From Octopus sinensis (taxonomy: Eukaryota): a stretch of DNA of 64,000 nt. The position numbers and the translations under genes were made by a program. Shown piece after piece: positions 50,793 through 64,000 of the stretch (position 1 is its first letter; each line of letters begins with the position of its first letter). The DNA lies in assembly GCF_006345805.1 (NCBI RefSeq), contig NC_043003.1, positions 103,292,001 to 103,356,000 of the forward strand, read 5' to 3'. The notes under the pieces are model-generated. The model was not told the DNA's origin. It ran no database searches and saw only the letters and a program-made list of their open reading frames with translations.

Positions 50793-51059
50793 TAAAGCCT
50801 CCTTCAGCTGCAAGACACCCAGTCCAGATGCTTTTTATAGTTCTCTTATTCTATCCACCATAAACACCTCCTCTCCCAATTTTCTATATAATATAATAAA
50901 TATATTTCCTTCCCCCACTAGAACGTCACCCGCCATTACCTAAACGCTCACTACTACCAGGAAAGCGTTTACTAGCCCCATCCCTCCTCGACCACCCCTA
51001 CCAACATAAATTTCAACAGTTTCTCTAACCTATTAATCAGTGCCATCAACAGTGTTACT

Positions 51060-51081
51060 TGCCATCATCACCATCATCATC

Positions 51082-51113
<32 letters not shown>

Positions 51114-51270
51114 CATCATCGTCATCATCACCATCAGTTCCATCATCAGTATCGTCACAAACATCATCTTAGTCATCACCCCTCATCACATCGTTATCAA
51201 CATCATCAACGTCATCCTCGTTATTACCATCACCATCATTATCATCATCATCACCACCACCATCATCATC

Positions 51271-51324
<54 letters not shown>

Positions 51325-51640
51325 GTTCCATCAACACCACCGTCACTTATGCCATCATCGCAATCACCACCATTATCTTTATCACCATTTCATCATTATC
51401 ATTAACACAATCAATATATTCATCATCATCATCATCATCATCATGATTATTTTCTCCATCACTGTCATCGACATGTAAATTATTTTCATCCTCAACGAGA
51501 TTATCGTCTCATCATCAGCCTCTTTCTCATCATCATCCTCATCATCGTCACTATCATCATCAGCATCATTATCATCATCACTATAATCATCTTCGTCGCC
51601 GTCGTCGCCGCCTTCGTCATCATCATCATCGTCATCTCCA
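51060..51640. repeat. Degenerate (CAT)n tract
   Basis: Directly visible. Source of the poly-Ile and poly-Asp ORF artefacts. Confidence 0.9.
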
Positions 51641-52059
51641 CACCCATTATCCTCCTTGGCACTTATAACCATAATGGCACCAAGTAAAACATTACCGAAT
51701 TTATTCAAGGAGGCAGCTCCTACCATCAGCCAATGAGCAGCCCATACGTGGCCGCAGGAACAGTTAGATATAATAGCCAACTGTCCCTCAAAATACTACT
51801 TTATCATATTCAATAGTGGTGCACTGGTTAATGTAGTCCGCGACAGACAATGCCTAAAAACGAGATGAATGCTTGGTCATGGCTTAAATATGTTATAATT
51901 ATACACATGCTCGATCAGGGCCGATTGTAGGTTAGAAACAACAACAACAACAACCTATAAATCTGGGCTGCTGCAATATCAGTATATAAGCGTGGGCCAA
52001 TGTACTTAATGTTCTGAACCAACGAAATGTATTTTTTAAAAATTAAAATTATACTTTGT

Positions 52060-52262
52060 TTTTGTATTTGGTTTGCAAGATTCTTTATGTGAATTCGTGT
52101 GTTGAAGCATGTTTTATTGTATCTGGGGAGCGTAATTCTTTTTTACTGCCTTATTACTTAACACACTCACCGGTTCAATTTCCACTCATTTACTTATTTA
52201 TTTTTTCTAAAATTTTCGTTGCGTCTTGCAACCTTTTCAGTAGTCGTTGACTCTGTCCGTTT
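52060..52262. repeat. Unclassified interspersed family E (related pieces at 53165-53298 reversed and 56685-56807)
   Basis: Shared tttggtttgcaagattctttat...gttcgtgtgttgaagca and taaggca...agtcggcaac segments. Confidence 0.65.
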
Positions 52263-52299
52263 TACATATATATATATATGTATATATATATATGTGTGT

Positions 52300-52337
<38 letters not shown>

Positions 52338-52432
52338 ATATATATATATATATATATATGACGGAGACGTAAACACATCGACATCGATTGTCAAGCGATG
52401 GTGGTGGGGACATACTCTGACACACAAAAATA

Positions 52433-52472
<40 letters not shown>

Positions 52473-54028
52473 AATGTATGTATGTATGTATATATGTCTG
52501 GGTATGTATACATGTCTGCGGTTCGGCAAAAAGAGACCAATAGAATAAGTAGTAGGCTTACAAAGAATAAGTCCTGGGGTCGATTTGCTCGACTAAAGGT
52601 GGTGCTCCAGCATGGCCGCAGTCAACTAACTGAAACCAATAAAGGAATAAAAGAATATATGTTGGTAAATGGATATGTAAATAAATAGATAGATAGGCAC
52701 ACAGGTAATACGACAGGTAATACGACAGGCAAGCACACACACACACATACACACATACATACACAAATGGAGACTGAAACATATGACCATATACACACAC
52801 ACTTCACACACACACACAAGGGCACATATGGAGGCACACATCCATACATAACAGACGCACGTACATAGTCACACAAACCCATACACATAGACACACTCAA
52901 ACATACACACACAAGGAGACAGATGTACACATACAAATACACACACACACATACAAACACACAAACATGAACACACAAACACATGAATAGATGGAATACA
53001 AACATGGATTGCATTCATAAAACATGGAATACATACATACATGCATGGAATACATACATACACATATGCATACATACATATTTACACATACATGCATACG
53101 CGTATACACTTACACACTGACGTACACACATGCTCACAAACAAGCAAAACGAACGCAGCTCCGATAACGGACAGAGTCGGCAACAATTGCAAATGTTACA
53201 AGGAGCAACGAAAATTTTAGAAAAACTAAATAAGAGTGGAAATGGAACCAGTGCGTGTGTTAAGTAATAAGGCACTAAAAGAGAATGACTATCCCCAAAT
53301 GCAATAAAATTATATTGTTAATGATAAAAAGTCATTAGTGCTAATGACAACACCTGTCACAAAAGGTGGCACCGATAAACGACCTCCACACAAAATTGCT
53401 GGCCTTGTGCCTAAACTAGAAGTAATTATATTTGAGATGATGATGATCATCATCATCAGCAGCAGCAGCAGCATCATCAGTAGCATCACCATCATCATCA
53501 TTGTGTACAGAAGAGAAGGATGACGTCTTTGGCTCAGATAATTTGTTGGCGGAGGCGGGGTGCTGTACGCGGGACATGTTTGACGAAGTTGTGATGTTCA
53601 GATTTTCTTGTTCCCGATTTAATCATTGCCTGAACAAAAAGGACAGCTTTTCTAAAACAAGGTTTCTTTGTATACACACACACATATGTATGTATGTGTA
53701 CGTATATATATATATATATTCATGCATGTATATTTCAAATTTACATAAAACATATATGTATATATATATATATTATATTAGAAAAAATGAGGTAATCAAA
53801 TCAGATGGTTCATATTTGTAGATATTTATTTATATATTACATTTTTTACATATATATCATATCATATCATTCGGATTAGCGCTTTCTCCCATTCTAGTGG
53901 GCTTTTCAAATCAAATCAGTTGTGGGGAGTTTGAACATTTTATAGTTTCGTAGTAGTGGGTGAGAAGGAAGTGAGACAGAGAAAACATGTGTGTATGTGT
54001 ATGTGTGTGTGTGTGTATGTGTGTGTGC

Positions 54029-54060
<32 letters not shown>

Positions 54061-54181
54061 TTATATCTGAGAGTGAAGAAGTGTTATTTCCGTTGGTCTG
54101 CTGGACCTCCTGTGGTTTTATAAGAACTTTGGCCGTCCATTTTGATGTCACTGAGTGTGTGTTGTGCGTAGGTTGGCCTGG

Positions 54182-54218
<37 letters not shown>

Positions 54219-54666
54219 GTGTGTGTGCGTGTGTGCATACCGAGAGTCTTCCTAGAGCATAATGTGGTGAAAATACAATATTTTTAGTTCTATGTGAACA
54301 TTTTCCTTTGCTGAAGACACGGAGGTCAAATGGAAATCTTCAGCAAGCGAGCAAATTAAGATAAAAGACAAAACAACATTAACACGAGAACAAAATATCG
54401 AACATTAACACAAAGGTTTTGAAACAAAAGAGAATAAACTGACAAACAGAAGAATGCGAAATGCAAGATTCTAATAACACGTATTTGAACACAATATAAT
54501 TGTATACAAAACCATGTGACATATAAAATAGTTACATAACATGAAGTGATGTCATATTTAGCGTGAAAAGCATAATGTCACAGTTATATAATCACTATTA
54601 TGTAATAAGTACACTGAATAATAATAATAATAGAACAAAGCTTCATATAATAGAAGTAGACACTAT

Positions 54667-55087
54667 TACTCTTTTACTCTTTTACTTGTTTCAGTCATTT
54701 GACTGCGGCCATGCTGGAGCACCGCCTTTAATCGAGCAACTCGACCCCAGAGCTTATTCTTTTGTAAGCCCAGTACTTATTCTATCGGTTTCTTTTGCCG
54801 AACCGCTAAGTAACGGGGACGTAAACACACCAGCATCAGTTGTCAAGCAATGCTAGGGGGACAAACACAGACACACAAACACACACACACATACATACAT
54901 ATATATATATATATACATATATACGACAGGCTTCTTTCAGTTTCCGTCTACCAAATCCACTCACAAGGCTTCGATCGGCCCGAGCCTATAGCAGAAGACA
55001 CTTGCCCAAGATGCCACGCAGTGGGACTGAACCCGGAACCATGTGGTTGGTTAGCAAGCTACTTACCACACAGCCACTCCTGTGCCT
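54667..55087 (-). mobile_element. SINE family C, near full length
   Basis: Reverse-complement homolog of 57061-57470. Confidence 0.85.
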
Positions 55088-55399
55088 ATAGTGTAATAAT
55101 ACAGATTGCAACAGAAATAACCTCAGATTTATCCTTCATAATAAACGTTTCAATGGTGAACGTACACTGTGCATTGATTTAAGACATGACTATAACTGGA
55201 AAAATAGTAAAACATTAGCTATAGGACGATACTGTTATCATTTGTCTAACATCACTAGCGCCTCATCAACAGCCGCGTATAATATAGGAGATTTTTCTGT
55301 CTTACCCTGTATAAACATTGATAAGATGTAGACAAGTCCAAAATATGAAATAAGTGGAATTGTGTGGTCATAGACAAATACTACGTTGCCTGCAAACAG

Positions 55400-55505
55400 G
55401 TGAAGGTATACGTCAGGAAGGGCACCCGGTGTAGAAAATCTGTCTCGGCTAATTCTGCCTGACCCATGCATGCATGGAAAAGAGGACGTTAAAACGATGA
55501 TGACA
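55400..55505 (+). repeat. Retroposon 3'-tail fragment ending in (GAT)n
   Basis: caggaagggcacccggtgtagaaa...gcatggaaaagaggacgttaaaacgatgatg. Confidence 0.45.
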
Positions 55506-57060
55506 AGTGTGTGCGCACGCGCACATAAACACATATATATAAATATATGTATGTATATAGTTGTATATGCCATGTGTATGCATGAAACGCAATGGTCGTA
55601 ATTTAGAAAGAAAATAGCCGTATGGAAGGATGAAATAAACGTAATAATTTATTGACGCTAAATGACCCCCTCCTCTTGATTCTTGGTTAACCTTCATCAT
55701 GTACACCACAAGACAACTAGGTGGCCTCTGCATGATCGCTCAGCCTGCTAGAAATAATAACCAAATTGTCATCAAATCACATTTTACCAGCCTACAAAAT
55801 AAAACGCAAGTAAACAGATAACAAAGTTCTAGACACATATTAAATGATGAGATTGTCATGGCTGGAATGCTTTCTGATCAGGAGTCTCGATCAGTGAGGA
55901 CGTGGGCTAGATAACAACTACAACAACAATATTTAAACTATAAATATTATTCCACTCTACAGTTAACTCAAAGCCTTTATGTAGTCACTCTGCTTGCTAG
56001 AAGTACCAGCCAAATCTCAAATTATACTCTACAGCCTTGAAAAGGAGGGTTACACTGAATAAGCAATGCCCGGGGAAAAGACAAAGCTGTCATTGTTAAA
56101 ACAACTTTTATGATAGGTCTGTTTAATCTTAATTTCCTTGGGTCTAAACATCAACATTATCGTCATCATTAGAAACAGCCTCTAAATACTGCGCAGTCTG
56201 TGCGCTGGAGTTCAACCTTCTAAAAATTGACATTTGCATTCACATATAATCAGCTCACCCTACTTCTCGCTTTGCTTTCACTTGAAGGTTATCAACAAAG
56301 ATTGCTTTCTTTCCTCAAAATCACCCCCAAACAAATCCCATAACCCACCTTTAAGATGAAGGATTAGTGCGGAAAGAAGCGTAAATAAAAGATGCTAATA
56401 AAACAATTGACAAAAAATTTTAATGAAACACAATAAACTAATGAAAGGAGAATTGATAAAAGAACTGATGGCGATAAAATACAGTAAATGACAGAACAAT
56501 AGAGGAGGTAATTAAAGGAAATAATATAAAATAGTACAAAAAGAAACTATAAAAATATTGAACTGGAGGAAACCAGGGTAAGGAGTTTTCTCCACAATTC
56601 AGCTGTTCTTAGGATAAGTTTTCTGCACATAACTTGCGGCGTGTTGCGAAATATTCATGAAGTTTTTCAACAACAGAGTTTTATATTTCGTTTTTGGATT
56701 TGGTTTGCAAGATTCTTTATATGAGTTCGTGTGTTGAAGCACATTTTATTGTGTCTAGGGAGAGTCATTTTCTTTTTGTGCCTTAAAATGACTCTCCCCA
56801 GACACAACAGAGTTTTACATGTATAATCTCCATGTCTGAAAAGTCTGCTGCTCTTTTTACCACACTCAAAACTCTTCGAACCGCAAAAGAGTTGTTGCTT
56901 AGCAACCTCTAGTTTTCATTGGTGGCATAGAAGCCGAGCCAATGAAGCAGCCTCTGGTTGATTGCTCACCTTAGTCAAAGTAACTCCTCAATCTCCACAC
57001 ACTCACACACACACATACATACATACATACATACATACATACATACATACATACATACAT

Positions 57061-57470
57061 AGGCGCAGGAGTGGCTGTGTGGTAAGTAGCTTGCTAACCA
57101 ACCACATGGTTCCGGGTTCAGTCCCACTGCGTGGCATCTTGGGCAAGTGTCTTCTGCTTTAGCCCCGGGCCGACCAATGCCTTGTGAGTGGATTTGGTAG
57201 ACGGAAACTGAAAGAAGCCTGTCGTATATATATATGTGTGTATGTGTGTGTGTTTGTGTGTCTGTGTTTGTCCCCCTCGCATTGCTTGACAACCGATGCT
57301 GGTGTGTTTACATCCCCGTCACTTAGCGGTTCGGCAAAAGAGACCGATAGAATAAGTACTGGGCTTACAAGGAATAAGTCCCGGGGTCGATTTGCTCGAC
57401 TAAAGGCGGTGCTCCAGCATGGCCGCAGTCAAATGACTGAAACAAATAAAAGAGTAAAAGAGTAAGAGTA
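57061..57470 (+). mobile_element. SINE family C, full length: tRNA-like head, CORE-like block, internal (TA)n(TG)n, (AAAGAGT)n tail
   Basis: gtggctgtgtggtaagtagc...ggttcagtccc head; ggcatcttgggcaagtgtctt CORE-like block. Sits within a (TACA)n tract. Partial copies at 5270-5620, 12490-12660, 35895-36040, 36925-37060, 52360-52650 and 63320-63650. Confidence 0.9.
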
Positions 57471-57703
57471 TACGTACGTACATGCATACATGCATACATA
57501 CATACATACATACATACATACATACATACATACATTATCCAGTGCCTCTCTTATTTTATGCTTTGATAATTGTTTTCTTGACGAAGCCATTCTCGAAACA
57601 TGCAGGTCATGTTGTAAGGAAACGATGAATTAAACCTACCTACTCTATGTTTAGCACTCAGCTCTTCTTAAATTGTAATTTACTTGAATCGGAATGTGTA
57701 TGT

Positions 57704-57739
<36 letters not shown>

Positions 57740-58360
57740 GGTGGGGGAGAGGTTGTGTGTGTGTGTGATATGTATACGTACACACTTGCATATATGTGTG
57801 CGTATTCTAAACTGCTACAAGCTGCCATAAAATATTGTTTTTAGATAATATCTCTATACAATGGGAAGGTAAGAAGTTGTAATTAAGTATACTTAATTAG
57901 CGGTTTTGTTAGTGATCCTCGACGGCAGCTGTCACGTGACAGCCTCGTTGTGAAATACGATATGCGACGTTGTATGAAATCTATGGTAAGCGGCAGTGAC
58001 ACAAACAGCTGTTTTCGCACGAAAGGTGCCGCTAAAATAACTGTAGCGAATCTGGGGAACAACAAAAGTCTTTGGAACACTGCCAAATATGAAGTCTTTG
58101 TTGGCTTAGATAAGCGTTAGATTAAGGTTTCTGTTCACATGTGACGTACGCCTCCGTCGTGGGCAGAGGCTGACTGAACACATGTTTTAGTCATATCTTA
58201 AACAACATATGCATCAGAGGAAAACAAGTTATATTTCCTATTTTTACACACGCACAGATTTATGCAGCGCTCACACGCTTACAGATATTATGTGACGTGT
58301 GTATATACATACACATCGGTGTATTTATGTGTGTGTGTGTGTGTGGTGTGCATCTGTGTG

Positions 58361-58985
58361 TACTGGTCTGATCAATAAGTATCCACACTGTTACCATAGT
58401 AACGAAGCTAGAGTGAAGCCGCTAGGCACAGATTGACCTTAAACTCTACTGTGCATGCGCATTACGTTTTAACGTCCTAGCTCACTTTCGCTGTTTACAG
58501 CAGGGCTTAGAAGGAAGCTGTGTAGCGTGATCGTCGCAGTGAACATGACAGAGAAAGTTGAGTTTTGCCAAAAGCTTGGCGATACATGTTCAGTTGCCTA
58601 CGCAAAGTTTTCAAAAAGTTTTCATTGTTCTCGACACAATCAACGAGATCTTGTGTAACTGAAACCCGAGTGTCTTTTTGGTCCGCTGAAAACACTTTTG
58701 GCACAAACTTGGCAGACACGTGTCTCATACCCAAATCTTCAGTGATAAAGGACTGAACTGAACCATAACTAATCTTCTTCACATCCTCTGATAATTCAGG
58801 GATGGGAATTCGACGCTTTCCCCTCACAGCTCTATGCACATCTGCGATGTTTTCTCAGTTCTGCTGGTTGCAGGTCTCACAGAACGTTCGTCGCGATCGA
58901 CATTTTTTCGGCCATCTTGGAGAAGTCTGAAACACTCGTACCCTTGTGTGCGGCTCATACACTCCTCCTCATACACTTTCGTTTT
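58361..58985. mobile_element. Mariner 5' fragment with internal inversion
   Basis: Plus strand: TA-ctggtctgatcaataagt TIR-like start and MTEKVE..FCQKLGDTCSVAYAK (58545-58607). Minus strand 58610-58985 continues KVYEEECMSRTQGYECFR..DERSVRP..GMRHVSAKFVPKV..DQKDTRV. Confidence 0.8.
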
Positions 58986-59301
58986 CAGAACATTTATATT
59001 CACAGCCTTGAATTTATCTCATTCTGTTAATTTATATATATATATATATATATATAGTATGTAGTGTTTTTACTTATTATATTATATCTAGCATTCATTT
59101 TATACTTTTTGAGAAAAAAAATATAATATTATATTAATTATATATATATTATTTGTTATTTATGTATTGGTTTATGTCTATCACTGTTTGAGTTGCATAG
59201 TAGTGGTTTTATCTCTAATTCATATTATATATATATATATATATAATATATATAGTGTGTGTGTGTGTGTGTGTGGTGTGGTGTGAGTGGGTAAATATAT
59301 A

Positions 59302-59519
59302 TACTCTTTTATTTGTTTCAGTCATTTGACTGCGGCCATGCTGGAGAGCACCGCCTTTAGTCGAACAAATCGACCCCGGGACTTATCTTTGTAAGCCCAG
59401 TACTTATTCTATCGGTCTCTTTTTGCCGAACCGCTAAGTGACGGGGACGTAAACACCACCAGCATCAGTTGTCAAGCAATGCTAGGGGGACAAACACAGA
59501 CACACAAACACACACATAC

Positions 59520-59555
<36 letters not shown>

Positions 59556-59704
59556 ATGACAGGCTTCTTTCAGTTTCCGTCTACCAAATCCACTCACAAG
59601 GCATTGGTCGGCCCGGGGCTATAGCAGAAGACACTTGCCCAAGTTGCCACGCAGTGGGACTGAACCCGGAGCCATGAGGTTGGTTAGCAAGCTACTTACC
59701 ACAC
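59302..59704 (-). mobile_element. SINE family C, slightly 5'-truncated
   Basis: Reverse-complement homolog of 57075-57460. Confidence 0.85.
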
Positions 59705-59815
59705 ATATAATATATATATATATCACACACACACACACACATTCCTCTCCATCTGCTTGCAAGAACAAATATGTGTATGTATGTATGTATGTTTGTATGT
59801 ATGTATGTATGTATG

Positions 59816-59853
<38 letters not shown>

Positions 59854-59874
59854 TGTGTGTGTGTGTGTGTGTAA

Positions 59875-60150
59875 AGGCATGTGGTTTAATGATCAGAGTA
59901 CTCGGCTCACGATCGCAAGGTCGTGTGTTTGATCCCCGACGGAGCATTGTGTCCCTTGAGTAAGGCACTTTATTTCATGTTGTTCCAGTTCACTCACTTG
60001 ACAAAAACCAGTTGCACCTGTATTTCAAAAGGCCAACCCTATCACATTCTTTGTCACGCTGAATCTCCACTGACAAGTACGTTAAAGGTACGCGTGTCTG
60101 AGGAGCACTCAGCCACTTGGACATTGATTTCCCGGGCTGGGTTAGGAAAG
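59875..60150 (+). mobile_element. CORE-type SINE carrying the family A long tail
   Basis: Head plus cccttgagtaaggcacttt, then gtcacgctgaatct...gagcactcagccact homologous to 41600-41670. Confidence 0.65.
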
Positions 60151-60294
60151 TAAGAAGACTTTATACGGGTAAAATAGCCACTCTTTCAGCTGTTTTCACG
60201 GCTATACAGCGTTCTTCGAAATATTACTTTTTGTCTGTAAAATATATTTGTGCCTGTATTTCATTAAACCTAGCTTATATATATTATATATATA

Positions 60295-60481
60295 CAACAA
60301 CAATTAAGGAATGGCCTTAATAGGCCATTCGGCCCACTAGAAGAAGCAGCCAGGACTCAAACCGCTAAGTAGTAGTAATTCAGAAATTAAATGAAAATTT
60401 TAAAACATTTACCCTAATTCATCTTTAGACGATGCATCGTTTCGGTGTTTTTTTATGGCAAACCAGCTTAATTAAATTAAA
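60295..60481. mobile_element. Member of the 71-321 family without the inverted arm; retains a hammerhead 3' half
   Basis: aaggaatggccttaataggccattc... homology. Minus strand GAAAC-gatgcatc-GTC at 60428-60443. Confidence 0.6.
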
Positions 60482-60499
60482 TACATATGTACATGTATA

Positions 60500-60690
60500 T
60501 ATACCTTCGAAACGCGTAGTAGATGAAACAGGGACAACTGAAGAAGGGGAATATTCCTTGTGTTGTATGTCTTGTTTCTCTGGGGTTTTTTGGGGTTTTT
60601 TTGAAAAAAAGTTCGTTTCAATGTTTTTGTTTTTATGTTTTCGTTTCTCATTGTGTTCAACGTTTTTTTGATGTCCTGTACCCATATATG
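60500..60690. repeat. Interspersed repeat, same family as 2738-2910 (opposite orientation)
   Basis: ccttcgaaacgcg...ctgaagaaggggaatattcc...gtcctgtac. Confidence 0.7.
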
Positions 60691-61199
60691 CATGTATATA
60701 TACATATATATGTAGGTATGTACATATATGTATGTATATATGCATATATTTATATATTATTTATATTATATATATTATATATATATATATTTGTGTGTGA
60801 CTTGTATATGTGTAGGTATTCGTAACGCGCATGCGTGCGAATGGCAATCTGTTTTTTCTCACCTGGCATACCCACCTCACTATAACTTGCTATTAGGGTA
60901 TAGATTACATTCTAGGATTTCGGGGTGCAAAATAGATAAAGTGATTGCAGTTACCAGGGGGGAATTGATGTTGTTGTTGCTACAGCTGTTGCTCCTGTTG
61001 CTGTTGGTTGTGGTGATGATATTGGTTATGATGGGGGTGAGGAATGATGGGACGGCTACAATTTAGAGGTAAATCTCGGGACATATATAGTTAAAGTGGT
61101 GTTATGTACAGGGGGAGGTGAGAGGTGGTGATGTTAGTGGTAACAGTGGTTGAGCTACAGTCGGATTTAAAGGTAGTTGTGACGGAGGTGGTGATGGCT

Positions 61200-61221
61200 G
61201 TAGTGGTACAAGCAGTGATGA

Positions 61222-61260
<39 letters not shown>

Positions 61261-61265
61261 CAGCA

Positions 61266-61298
<33 letters not shown>

Positions 61299-61816
61299 TG
61301 GTGGTGGTGGTGGTGGTGGTGGTGGTGGTGGTGGTGGTGGTGGTGGTGGTGGTAGTAGTAGTAGGGTGGTTGTAGTAGTAGTAGTAGTAGTGATAGTGGT
61401 AGTTGTTGTTGTGGTGGTGGTGGTGATTTTTAGTAGTGGTTGTGTTACTGTTGGATTTAAAGGTAGTTGTGATGAAAGTAGTAGTACTAATAGGAGTGAA
61501 GGAGGTGATGATGGCGGTGGTGGTGGTGATCGTGGTGGCGCAGGGAGCTGCTGTTGTATTTTAAATGTAAGTGTAATGGTAGCAGGGGTTGTTATGAGAA
61601 CGGTTGTAGTGATGTTGGTATTGTTAAGGTGGTGGTGGTGGTGGTTGTGGTTGTGGTGGTGGTGGTGGTCTGGATGTTGCGATAATGGTGCTGCTAGCTG
61701 TGATAACGCAAAAGATTTATACTGTGCACGTTGTTTGTCTGGTATGTAGACGGAAACAGGCGGACAGCCAGACAGACAGTCGGATAACCAGGCATACTGA
61801 TAGACAGACAGACTGG

Positions 61817-61892
<76 letters not shown>

Positions 61893-61904
61893 TGGATAGA
61901 TAGG

Positions 61905-61982
<78 letters not shown>

Positions 61983-62237
61983 GCAGACAGACAGACAGAT
62001 AGATAGATAGAAAAACTGACAGACAAGCAGACTGGCAGATAGCCAGGCATACTGATAGACAGACAGACAGACTAATAGATATACAGACTGTCAGGCAGAC
62101 AGGCAGATAGACAGACAGACAGACCTACCAACAGACAGACAGGCAGGCTAACTAATAGACAGACAGACGGACAGGTGTACCAACGGATAGACAGATAGGC
62201 GGGGAACTAGACGAATATATACTTCACACGCAGCCAC

Positions 62238-62290
<53 letters not shown>
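61200..62290. repeat. Compound low-complexity block: (GTA)n/(GGT)n, then (GACA/GATA)n, then (GTA)n
   Basis: Directly visible. Confidence 0.9.
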
Positions 62291-62294
<4 letters not shown>

Positions 62295-62684
62295 ATTTCG
62301 TCAGATTCATACAGGAATTTTACCAACCGATAAAACTTACCTTCAATACACACAATTACAAATACATATGCACAAGCATGCATGTGGAGGCACATACACA
62401 TGCATATATGCACGCACACTCACACACACAAGCATGCACATTACACATCAACATAGAGAGAATGTGCAGATGCAGTGCTAAATTGCACATTCCACTCTTC
62501 TGTAATACGATCCGTGCATCTCGCATTCTTTTTGCATCTGATGCAGTTGTATTACACTGGCATAAAATGAGGTGATTTCATACATACACACCTACATAAT
62601 ATACATATATATATATATTTATAAATATATATATATACACGCATGTGTCTGTCTACTATCTATCTATATCTATATATATATATA

Positions 62685-62973
62685 TATCACCGTAACCGAC
62701 CAGGCTATCAGATGTTGCTATACATCACTGGTCACAATGCGCTTCGCATTGTTTTAGCCTTCAAAGGCTAAGCGAGCAGGCCAACAGAAGAAAGAGTGAG
62801 AGAAAGTTGCGGCGAAAGAGTACAACAGGGACCGCCACCCCCACCCCCTGTCGGAGCCTCGTGGAGCTTTAGGTGTTTTCGCTCAATAAACACTCACAAC
62901 GCCCGGTCTGGGAATCGAAACCGCGATCCTACGACCGCGAGTCCGCTGCCCTAACCACTAGGCCATTGCGCCG

Positions 62974-62977
<4 letters not shown>
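62685..62977 (-). mobile_element. SINE family A, short-tail form
   Basis: Homologous to 546-852. Confidence 0.85.
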
Positions 62978-63043
<66 letters not shown>

Positions 63044-63218
63044 TTATATATAGCTAAAGATGACTACAGTTACACAACTTTAAGTTTTATGCCGACAATG
63101 GTAATCATCAGATGGAGCAAAGAAGCGTTTTAATGAAGTTCTTTTAATAGTTTCCAGTGGTTAGTATAACACGTAAACATCCGGTTGATTAGCGCAAATA
63201 CATACATACATACATACA

Positions 63219-63249
<31 letters not shown>

Positions 63250-64000
63250 CATCAGATAATTCATGTTATATATGTTAAGGGACAAGAGTACTCAATATAA
63301 AGAATTCTACTGCATCGTTTATCTTTTTACTTGTTTCGGTCATTGGACGACGGCCATGCAAGGGCACCGCCATGAAATTACATTTTTTTCTTTTTTCTTC
63401 TCTTTCTTTTTTACTTTTTCTATCGTCCCCTTTTACCACACCACTAATGTGCGGAGGTGCAAACAAACCGATATCTGTGGAGGTGGGACAAACACACACA
63501 CACACACACACACACACATGGGGCTTGCTTTCATGCAGTTCCCCTTTACCAAATCTACTTGCATAGCATTGCTCGCATCGGGGCTATAAAAGACACTTGC
63601 CCAAGGTTCTTCACAGTGGAATTGAACGCGAAGCTGTTTGGTTGTAAAGTGTGCTTCAAATTTTATATTCAGCGTGTTGGTTGTTTTCGTAAGAATTTTT
63701 CTCGATAATCCACGGATTACTATGTTTGACCAGTTAATATATAATGTACTGCGATAAAATATTTTCTAATTTACTTTGAAGTTGCTGATAGCATTGTCCT
63801 TCAACTTCCATATGTATGGATACAATTGTGGTAGTTCTCTTTATTTCTGTGGTTAGCAGAGCTCGAAAGAACGATAATGTTGGAAGGTGCCAAAAGTGTT
63901 GTGACCTTCAGTTGCCATCTCATAAATACAATGTCCTGCCGGGAATGCAGACGTTGTGATATAAAACACATGTATACACGAACACATACACACACACACA

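Noticed and set aside
53501-53660. Downstream exon of the host gene
   Set aside because: Weak acceptor, the phase-0 frame hits a stop, and there is no good donor.

Overview
This is AT-rich animal DNA saturated with microsatellites and repeats. The SINE families resemble those I recall from coleoid cephalopods (probably Octopus); that assignment is inferred, not database-confirmed. Only one host gene is supported, on the + strand: a probable first coding exon at 8656-8814 and an in-frame 54-nt exon at 35164-35217, joined by a ~26-kb phase-0 intron. The product is unrecognised and later exons probably lie beyond the window. Almost everything else is repetitive: three tRNA-derived SINE families with swapped tails, fossil LINEs (Tx1/L1, CR1, RTE, R4/Dong-type), fossil DNA transposons (three Tc1/mariner, one mariner MITE, one hAT), foldback elements and a ~100-N gap. 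The most interesting signal is a set of short non-coding, Penelope-like (PLE)/retrozyme-like elements with inverted ends and hammerhead-ribozyme motifs. One motif is near-intact (24523-24609, minus strand) and several are decayed; they share an unusual A-GC...GC-A stem II base. Second is a SINE subfamily with a Tx1-like 3' tail and a recurrent GGTATTT junction. Nearly all entries in the ORF track are microsatellite artefacts.
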